A program made the position numbers and the translations under genes. This document shows positions 51,334-57,802 of a stretch of 64,000 nt of DNA, piece after piece; position 1 is the stretch's first letter; each line of letters starts with the position of its first letter. The notes under the pieces are model-generated. The model was not told the origin of the DNA and did not search any database. It saw nothing but the letters and a program-made list of their open reading frames with translations. The DNA is taken from the sequence record MZ475892.1, one strand, 5' to 3'.

Positions 51334-51903
51334 ATGGCAAAAGCTACTAAGTCAACTAACCTGGTTCCTACCCTGGTTTCTCGCATCGCTAAAAAGTCTG
51401 GCTCTATCGGTACTTCGAAAGCAAAAGCAACTGACCTGCCGCATGACATTCTGATCGAATCTCAGCACGTTGTCGAAATCATCGGTTATATCACTGACCG
51501 TTCTGCGAACCACGTTACTCTGCGTCACAAAAAAGGCCACGGTTCTTCTTCTCAGATCGTTTCAACCTTCGGCCCGGGTCAACTGCTGACCGTTCTGGGT
51601 GAAGCTGGTTCACACGGTTCTGTGCGTGCGCTGATTACTGCTCCGGTCTGCGAACTGAAAGGCTTCACCATTAAGTATGACGGCGATACCATCATCGCTA
51701 CTTCTATCGAAACTGGCGAAGTGATTCACGTTAACACCCAGCTGGCCGGTCACACCGTTCGCGCTACTGTGAACGAAACTGCCGCCGCTAAGAAATACGG
51801 CACGCCTGCTCCAGGCAAAGGCAAGAAAGATGCTAAGCCTGCTAAAGCAGACAAAGCAGCGAAAGGCGGTAAGAAAAAGAAAGGTAGCGACGAAGACTTT
51901 TAA
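51334..51903 (+). CDS. Beta-rich protein with a K/A-rich C-terminal tail ending DEDF
   Basis: GGAG RBS; strongly biased codons. Confidence 0.82.
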   Translation: MAKATKSTNLVPTLVSRIAKKSGSIGTSKAKATDLPHDILIESQHVVEIIGYITDRSANHVTLRHKKGHGSSSQIVSTFGPGQLLTVLGEAGSHGSVRALITAPVCELKGFTIKYDGDTIIATSIETGEVIHVNTQLAGHTVRATVNETAAAKKYGTPAPGKGKKDAKPAKADKAAKGGKKKKGSDEDF

Positions 51904-51918
51904 TCGCTGATCTGAAAA

Positions 51919-51984
51919 TCTGTAAAAACTGATTATGCAGAGCAACAAAAATAAAGTTGCTCTGCCGTTAAACGAATCTGTAAA
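51919..51984 (+). promoter_or_regulatory. Tandem TCTGTAAA motifs
   Basis: Copies at 51919 and 51977 upstream of ORF 52033. Confidence 0.6.
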
Positions 51985-52032
51985 CATTAATTGAAGCAAG
52001 TCGCTTCTCATCCCATACAGGAAATAAAAACC

Positions 52033-52833
52033 ATGGCTAAATCTGCTAAAGTAACCGTAACCGTCGCACAGAAAGTTCTGGCTCAGATGCTGGGTGTTGT
52101 TGTAGCGAACGCAAGCGAGAAAGAACTCGTTGCGATTCTGTCTGACCTGGGCCTGACTGTTGCTGCGAAAGGTAAAGGTGCTAAAGCTGAGAAAGCTGCG
52201 AAGGGCGGCAAGAAAGCTAAAGCCGCTACCGTTGCTCAGATCGTTAAGGCCGTTGAAGAAGAGGAAGCTATCTCCCTCGACGGCGTGAGTGAAGATGACC
52301 TGCGTGCAGCGGTCGTCAAAGCTAAGCTGGCTAAGGCCAACAAAGCTAAAGCGCTGGACGAAGAGGAGTTGACTGAACTCCTGACCGACGCAATGGGTGC
52401 CGAGTCTGATGAAGACGAGGAAGAGGACGAAGAAGAAGAGGACGAAGACGAGGACGAAGACGACTCGGACGACGAAGACGAAGATGAAGACGACGAGGAC
52501 TCAGATGATGAAGATGAGGACGAAGACGACGAAGATTCGGACGACGAAGACGAGGACGAAGATGATGAGGAGGAAGACGAAGACGAGGATGAAGATGAGG
52601 ACGAAGATGAAGATCTCGACCTTGACGGCCTCGACGAAGACGAACTCCGCGCCCTCGTGATCGACAACAAGCTGGCCACTAAGGCCAAAGCTAAAAAGAT
52701 GGACGAAGACGAACTTCGTGAACTGTGTGAATCCCACTTCGGCGGCGACGATGAAGACGAAGACGAAGATGAGGACGAAGACGATGAAGACTTCGACGAT
52801 GAAGACGAAGACGAAGACGACGACGACGAATAA
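52033..52833 (+). CDS. Polyampholyte protein: basic N-terminus, two HeH-like modules, about 70-aa D/E tract and a D/E tail
   Basis: AGGA RBS before ATG 52033; the DSDDEDEDEDDE unit repeats three times. Confidence 0.85.
   Translation: MAKSAKVTVTVAQKVLAQMLGVVVANASEKELVAILSDLGLTVAAKGKGAKAEKAAKGGKKAKAATVAQIVKAVEEEEAISLDGVSEDDLRAAVVKAKLAKANKAKALDEEELTELLTDAMGAESDEDEEEDEEEEDEDEDEDDSDDEDEDEDDEDSDDEDEDEDDEDSDDEDEDEDDEEEDEDEDEDEDEDEDLDLDGLDEDELRALVIDNKLATKAKAKKMDEDELRELCESHFGGDDEDEDEDEDEDDEDFDDEDEDEDDDDE
52400..52615 (+). repeat. Coding low-complexity GAY/GAR repeat (D/E tract)
   Basis: Near-pure Asp/Glu codons with a 36-nt period. Confidence 0.9.
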
Positions 52834-52890
52834 GTCCTGATCTGCCGCTGCCCTGCAAGACTAATGAGTGTCTGCGCAGGGCAAGAAATA

Positions 52891-52979
52891 TTCGAAAAAT
52901 AGTTCGAATTATTTCGCAAAAAGTTTGAAAAATTCCTGTCGTTGTTTATTGCACATAGTAATATTCGACTACAGGAATT
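52891..52979. other. AT-rich segment with phased TTCGAA-like repeats and an inverted repeat
   Basis: TTCGAA 52891, TTCGAA 52903, TTCGCA 52913, TTTGAA 52924; AATTCCTGT...ACAGGAATT. Confidence 0.55.
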
Positions 52980-53046
52980 AAACCTGAAAAATTTTACTTT
53001 TATCCAACGCGACGAGTCGCACAAAATAAATTCACGGAGTTATGCC

Positions 53047-53568
53047 ATGACTAAGAAAATCATTTCCGGCCTGAACAAAAACCTGAAAGCTATCGCTAAA
53101 TCAGAAGCTGCCCTGGCCAAAACTGTTGCTGCTACCAACAAAGAGATCGAAAACCTGGGTTCACAGCGTGCTGGTATCGAAGCGCAGATCGCTGAACTGT
53201 CTGGCGTTGCTGCTCCTGACAAAGCTGATAAAAAAGCTAAAGGCGCGAAAGCTGAAAAAGCGGCCAAGCCTGCTAAAGCTGAAAAAGCAGCTAAAGCCGG
53301 TAAGAAAGAAAAAGCTGCTAAAGCTGAAAAGCCAGCCAAAGCTGATAAAAAAGCTAAAGGCGCCAAAGCAGAAAAAGCAGAAAAAGCTACTAAGCCTGCT
53401 AAAGCTGAAAAAGCTGGCAAGAAAGAAAAAGCTGCTACCAAGCCTGCTAAAGCTGATAAAAAAGCTAAAGGCGCCAAGGCGGACAAAGCTGCTAAAGGCG
53501 GTAAAGCTGACAAAGCCGGTAAGAAAAAGAAAGCGCAGTCTGATGACTTCGAATTCGAAATGGAATAA
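53047..53568 (+). CDS. Histone H1/Hc2/AlgP-like K/A-rich protein with an N-terminal coiled coil
   Basis: KADKKAKGAKA(E/D)K three times, KPAKAEKA repeats, acidic end SDDFEFEME; GGAG RBS. Confidence 0.82.
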   Translation: MTKKIISGLNKNLKAIAKSEAALAKTVAATNKEIENLGSQRAGIEAQIAELSGVAAPDKADKKAKGAKAEKAAKPAKAEKAAKAGKKEKAAKAEKPAKADKKAKGAKAEKAEKATKPAKAEKAGKKEKAATKPAKADKKAKGAKADKAAKGGKADKAGKKKKAQSDDFEFEME

Positions 53569-53600
53569 GCAAGCGGTCGCATAGCGCGATAACTTGATCG

Positions 53601-53632
53601 AGAGGGCAGCGCTGACGGGCGTTTGCCCTCTT
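53601..53632 (+). terminator. Long hairpin, probable terminator
   Basis: AGAGGGCAGCGCT-GACG-GGCGTTTGCCCTCT. Confidence 0.6.
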
Positions 53633-53666
53633 GTCGTATCTAACTCATTTTCGAGGCTCTTTAAAA

Positions 53667-54152
53667 ATGTCCAAACAAGAAGTATTCAACCGTCTTGATG
53701 ACCTTCATGCAAAAGAGCGTGAGCGTATCAAACAAGCCAAGCAAGGCCCCTCCTATTTCGAACTGACGAACCTGCGTATTGAAGCAGCCGCTCGTCTCGC
53801 TCGTGCCCTACAAACTCTCAAAGCCGCAAACGTTGTTGGTAACGTTGAAGGTGTCTCTCTGCAGGAAGATGCGCTTGAAGTCGCTCAAGCCTACTGGTCT
53901 GCTATCTTAGAAGGCTTAACCCCTGTAGTAGTTGAAGGCTCGCCTATGCGCAAGCTGCTTGATGGTATGCCTGCATGTATCGAAGCGTTCCGTGTTATCG
54001 TAATGGAAAGCGCTATGCGTGAACATCTAGTCGTTCAATGCAATGCGATTGCAGATGACATTAAGGGTTTCCCTCAACTGACTGGGCATGTTCTGCCTAC
54101 TGTTCAACACACCTGCGAAGAGGGATGCAACTGTGGCTCAATCACTGAGTGA
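53667..54152 (+). CDS. Hypothetical protein
   Basis: GAGG RBS before ATG 53667. Confidence 0.75.
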   Translation: MSKQEVFNRLDDLHAKERERIKQAKQGPSYFELTNLRIEAAARLARALQTLKAANVVGNVEGVSLQEDALEVAQAYWSAILEGLTPVVVEGSPMRKLLDGMPACIEAFRVIVMESAMREHLVVQCNAIADDIKGFPQLTGHVLPTVQHTCEEGCNCGSITE

Positions 54153-54903
54153 GAAGATTAACCGTTACTTCAATCTGATGGAGGACATCCGTGCTGAGAT
54201 GTTCCGCGTGATTGATGTATCTGACCGTTACTTCGGTATCGTTAGTTTCAACACTAACATGCAGGCACTGCAAACCACACTGGTGAGCAAATCCACCCTG
54301 ATGGAAGTTAAGCTGCTTGAAGGTATCACTGGTGCGGAGCTGATTGCGTTTGGCAATATGGTTCACACTGTAGAGCAATGGGTTGCTGGTGGCATGAAAG
54401 GCGCTTTCCCTATCGAGCAGACCAAAGACGTGTATGCCAAATATCGCGCTGCTACCTCAGATGAACCACAGGCACAAAGTGAACCTAAGCCTGCTAATAC
54501 CCCGCAGCCTGATGCTGATGAGTTAGACAGCCAGGAACTGGACAATATCAAAGTTCAACTTCTGTCCTTCGATGACTCTGAACTGATCGACCATGCCGCT
54601 CAGTTTAAACTTGGGACGCGTACACGCCTGCGCAGAATGGGCCGAGATGATTTGTTGGACATGTTGTTTGATCATCATGGTATCTACGCAGAAAACGACC
54701 AGCGCCGCAATGAAAGTGTTGCAGACTGGTTAGAGCGTATACCTCTTGATGATGCTCTACGCGAAGTCGACCGCATAGATGATAGCAGTGTACTCGATCA
54801 CGTTGCGGACGCTATGAGCGTTATGTCGGGTGTCAATGACGCTGTGACGCGAGCGCGTATTAAGCAGGCTCTGAAAGAGCTACACACTAAGCCCGCGCAG
54901 TAA
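54088..54903 (+). CDS. Hypothetical protein with an HeH-like module (start uncertain, possibly 54178)
   Basis: LLSFDDSELIDHAAQFKLGTRTRLRRMGRDDLLDML. Confidence 0.75.
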   Translation: MFCLLFNTPAKRDATVAQSLSEKINRYFNLMEDIRAEMFRVIDVSDRYFGIVSFNTNMQALQTTLVSKSTLMEVKLLEGITGAELIAFGNMVHTVEQWVAGGMKGAFPIEQTKDVYAKYRAATSDEPQAQSEPKPANTPQPDADELDSQELDNIKVQLLSFDDSELIDHAAQFKLGTRTRLRRMGRDDLLDMLFDHHGIYAENDQRRNESVADWLERIPLDDALREVDRIDDSSVLDHVADAMSVMSGVNDAVTRARIKQALKELHTKPAQ

Positions 54904-54917
54904 GTCAAATTTGTCTC

Positions 54918-54972
54918 TACACTAAGCTGGACAGATCGTGGGTAGCGTCTGACGCTCTGCCTATGTTATAAT
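54918..54972 (+). promoter_or_regulatory. Box promoter 12
   Basis: TACACTAAGC-TGGACA-GAT, 33-nt spacer, TGT-TATAAT. Confidence 0.75.
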
Positions 54973-55043
54973 ACATATAGGACAAGTAGTGTCTGAATAT
55001 GCTAATATCGAGTGGTCAACGCTACTCATTAGGAGAAACGAAA

Positions 55044-57068
55044 ATGGCGAAAACGCCTAAAGCCGCAAAAGTCAAAAAGGGTGACGGCTCCCAAGATGGC
55101 TTCACTATCGCAGAAGGGTTGGACGGCATAAGGCTAAACCCTGGCATGTACATGGGTCAACAGGGTGCGGACATGGCGTATCGCGCTGTGAAAGAACCTG
55201 TGGACAATGACTACGATGAATACATCGCTGGTCGTAACAAGTTGATCGAAGTGGTCATTGATTACGATAGCGACCTGAACATTGTAGCTGACCAAGCAGG
55301 CGGCATTCCTACCGACTTCAAGAAACTAAAAGACGGTACGAAAGAAACGATCATGACCGCAGCGTTTAGCCGTGTTCATGCGGGTGGTAAATTCAACGAT
55401 CAGGCATATAAGACCTCAGCTGGTACACACGGTGTGGGTGTAGCCGCACTGAACGCAATCTCCAGTCAGTTGCGTGTATGGTCAATGTACAAAGGCAGTT
55501 GCGCTTATCAGATGTGGCAGTGTGGCGAAGTCAAGTCTGGCAAAGACCCTAAGAAAGTCAAGACCATCGACAAAGACGTTATGAGCCTGCTGCGCGATAA
55601 GAAGCACAGCAAGTACGGTACTGTGGTAGCGTGGACGCTTGACCAGACTGTTGTGTCTGCTGATGCGCAGCGTGGTAAGAAGCTGCCTAAGAACTACCGC
55701 CATGCTGCTCCTAATCCAGCTCAGCTTGGTGAGTGGCTGCGTAACATGTCGATGCTCAACCCGGGCCTTGAGATTCGCCTGACGTTGATCAAGAAGGGCA
55801 AGCGCAAAGAGTTCACGTTCATCAACAAGAAAGACCTGAACTATGTTGTGAAGACTATGTGTGAAGAACGCGAGCTGGGTACTGTCGGCAAGCCGTTCAT
55901 CTTCAAGTCTGACAATATCACGGCTGCGCTCGTCTGGACAGATCATGCAGACACCGACAACTTCCTCAGTTTCGTTAACACCAGCCCAACAGTTGACGGC
56001 GGGTGGCATGTAGTAGGTTTCCGTGATGCTCTGTTTGATGCAATCAAGCCGTTCATGAAAGAACCGAAAGGTAAGGGCAAGAAAAAGCAGGGCTTCAAAC
56101 AAGAAGACTTGTTGATTGGCCTGACCGGTATGTTCGACTGGCGTATGCACGGTGCTCAATACACCTCGCAGGTAAAAGACAAGCTGGCCAGCCGCGTCGA
56201 GAAAGACGTGTACGAAATGCTGAAAGATGCTTTCGTGAAATACTTCAAGGACAATAAGAAGGTCGCTACGACAATCATCAAGCGTGCCGAAGCGATGAAC
56301 AAGGGACGTGAAGAACTCAGCGCCGTCGTTAAGTCTATGGCTGATACGAAGAAGAAGCTGAAAGGTAACGCACTGCCTGCCGACCTCGTTGTCGCAAACA
56401 AGTGTAAGCCGCATGAGCGTGAGCTTGTCGTGGTGGAAGGGGATTCTGCTGGTGGTACTGCAAAAGATGCGCGTAACCCTGACTATCAGGAAGTTATGAA
56501 AGCTGGTGGTAAGCCGCTGAACGGTCTGAAAGCAAGTCTGGCTGACGTGCTAAAGCACAAAGAAGTGCAGGGCATGCTGGTGAGTATCGGTGCTGACCTG
56601 AAGTCGCTTGACCCGAAAGCAGAAGCACCAAAGTTAAGCACAAAGAATCTGCGTATCGGCAACATCCTGTTCCTTGCTGATGCTGACCCAGATGGCTTCC
56701 ACATCAACGTGCTGTTCCTAGGTGTTATCTATCGCTTGCTGCCTGACTTGATGAAAGAAGGTCGTGTGTGGATTGTTGACGCACCGCTGTATAACGTTAT
56801 TCATCAGGGCAAACACTACGGTGGTATGACGTTTGAAGAATGCCGTGCTAAAGCGCCGTCTGCTGTAAAAGACAAAGACATTGTACGCGCTAAAGGTTGG
56901 GGTGAAGTTGAACCTGACGTGCTTGAAGCAATCGCGTTCAATCCGAAAACTCGTCGTCTCATTCGTGTTAACCCGTTTGAGAACGTTGAGCAGGAACGTT
57001 TCTTTAGAGGTGTAGTTGCAGAAGATGCCGTGCACCGTCGTCGCTTACTCGGTCTGGAGGCAGCATAA
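55044..57068 (+). CDS. gyrB: Type IIA topoisomerase B subunit (GyrB/ParE-like)
   Basis: IRLNPGMYMG, EPVDNDYDE, HAGGKF, GTHGVG, EGDSAGG, DADPDGFHI, KGWGE. Confidence 0.95.
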   Translation: MAKTPKAAKVKKGDGSQDGFTIAEGLDGIRLNPGMYMGQQGADMAYRAVKEPVDNDYDEYIAGRNKLIEVVIDYDSDLNIVADQAGGIPTDFKKLKDGTKETIMTAAFSRVHAGGKFNDQAYKTSAGTHGVGVAALNAISSQLRVWSMYKGSCAYQMWQCGEVKSGKDPKKVKTIDKDVMSLLRDKKHSKYGTVVAWTLDQTVVSADAQRGKKLPKNYRHAAPNPAQLGEWLRNMSMLNPGLEIRLTLIKKGKRKEFTFINKKDLNYVVKTMCEERELGTVGKPFIFKSDNITAALVWTDHADTDNFLSFVNTSPTVDGGWHVVGFRDALFDAIKPFMKEPKGKGKKKQGFKQEDLLIGLTGMFDWRMHGAQYTSQVKDKLASRVEKDVYEMLKDAFVKYFKDNKKVATTIIKRAEAMNKGREELSAVVKSMADTKKKLKGNALPADLVVANKCKPHERELVVVEGDSAGGTAKDARNPDYQEVMKAGGKPLNGLKASLADVLKHKEVQGMLVSIGADLKSLDPKAEAPKLSTKNLRIGNILFLADADPDGFHINVLFLGVIYRLLPDLMKEGRVWIVDAPLYNVIHQGKHYGGMTFEECRAKAPSAVKDKDIVRAKGWGEVEPDVLEAIAFNPKTRRLIRVNPFENVEQERFFRGVVAEDAVHRRRLLGLEAA

Positions 57069-57322
57069 TGGTTAAAAGTGAAAACCTATCCATCGGAACG
57101 CAAGTTCGTTTTCTCGATATGCCTGTCTTTCAGCACCCGCCAATGACCGAAGAACAACGCAAGCAGTATGAAGCGTTAATGGCAAAAGGTCGTGAGTTGT
57201 CGAAAAACGTTACCGTATCTGCATTCAGTGTAGTTGACGGTAAGCCTGCTGAGCGTGTGCAGGTGCAGATGAGTCGCACAACTCTCGATAAGATTAATGC
57301 GATGCACTCAGGAGATCAGTAA
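57068..57322 (+). CDS. Small hypothetical protein
   Basis: TAATG coupling to gyrB. Confidence 0.65.
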   Translation: MVKSENLSIGTQVRFLDMPVFQHPPMTEEQRKQYEALMAKGRELSKNVTVSAFSVVDGKPAERVQVQMSRTTLDKINAMHSGDQ

Positions 57323-57561
57323 TGCTCAAGGGTAAGAAAGTAAATAAAGCACCGTCGCGTGCTTCACGAATCTTTCCTGTGGTCGCAGGCACAGAACACT
57401 GGCCTATCCCATTGTTCGATATGCCTGACATTCACATCAATATGAGCGATGAGCAGAAAGCTCGTCTTGATTCTGCTATGGCTAACGTCAAGCAACACAT
57501 TAAAGATAGCCCGTACAACGGGAAGCGATTCTTTACTGTTCCTGGAGATGCGCATGAATAA
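57322..57561 (+). CDS. Small hypothetical protein, apparent paralogue of the preceding ORF
   Basis: TAATG coupling; shared DMP...M(T/S)(E/D)EQ...AMA. Confidence 0.65.
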   Translation: MLKGKKVNKAPSRASRIFPVVAGTEHWPIPLFDMPDIHINMSDEQKARLDSAMANVKQHIKDSPYNGKRFFTVPGDAHE

Positions 57562-57793
57562 GTTCCAGCGTCACATTAGATCTCTGCCTGAATCTGGTGC
57601 CAGCTTTCAGCAAGCAGCACCGCTCGGCCGTACTGTCGTAACACATTCAGCGGGTATCACACGCGGTGTAACTCGCATGGCTTATCCTCAGTTGCAGCAA
57701 ATCCCGCGCAACTTATCGGGCCTGAATGATGTGAACGTTCGTCGCATCGATATTAACTTGGGTGAAAACGTTTTCATCCAGACGCATTCGTAA
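57554..57793 (+). CDS. Small hypothetical protein
   Basis: GGAG RBS. Confidence 0.6.
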   Translation: MNKFQRHIRSLPESGASFQQAAPLGRTVVTHSAGITRGVTRMAYPQLQQIPRNLSGLNDVNVRRIDINLGENVFIQTHS

Positions 57794-57802
57794 GAGGCTG
57801 GC

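Noticed and set aside
52236-53024. 262-aa poly-Ser ORF on the - strand (similar ones at 43083-43442, 43199-43417 and 48032-48631)
   Set aside because: Antisense shadow of GAY/GAR Asp/Glu codons, which lack stops in the reverse frame; no RBS or promoter support.
52400-53520. Periodic DNA repeats as a possible CRISPR array or minisatellite element
   Set aside because: The repeats are in-frame, degenerate at third positions and have no unique spacers; they are coding low-complexity sequence.
41155-54903. Phage nucleus shell (chimallin) or PhuZ tubulin within the IDR cluster
   Set aside because: No tubulin GGGTGSG motif or other recognisable signature was seen; absence can only be claimed for this window and by eye.
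9925-54910. TAAGTCAAAT found upstream of three box promoters (9925, 15010, 54901)
   Set aside because: Only three copies, at inconsistent distances (67, 44 and 27 nt) from the box; too little to call a separate element.
57068-57793. Mini-ORFs as a T4 gp60-like split piece of GyrB
   Set aside because: GyrB already contains its C-terminal KGWGE..NPKTRRL segment, and the mini-ORFs show no TOPRIM motifs.
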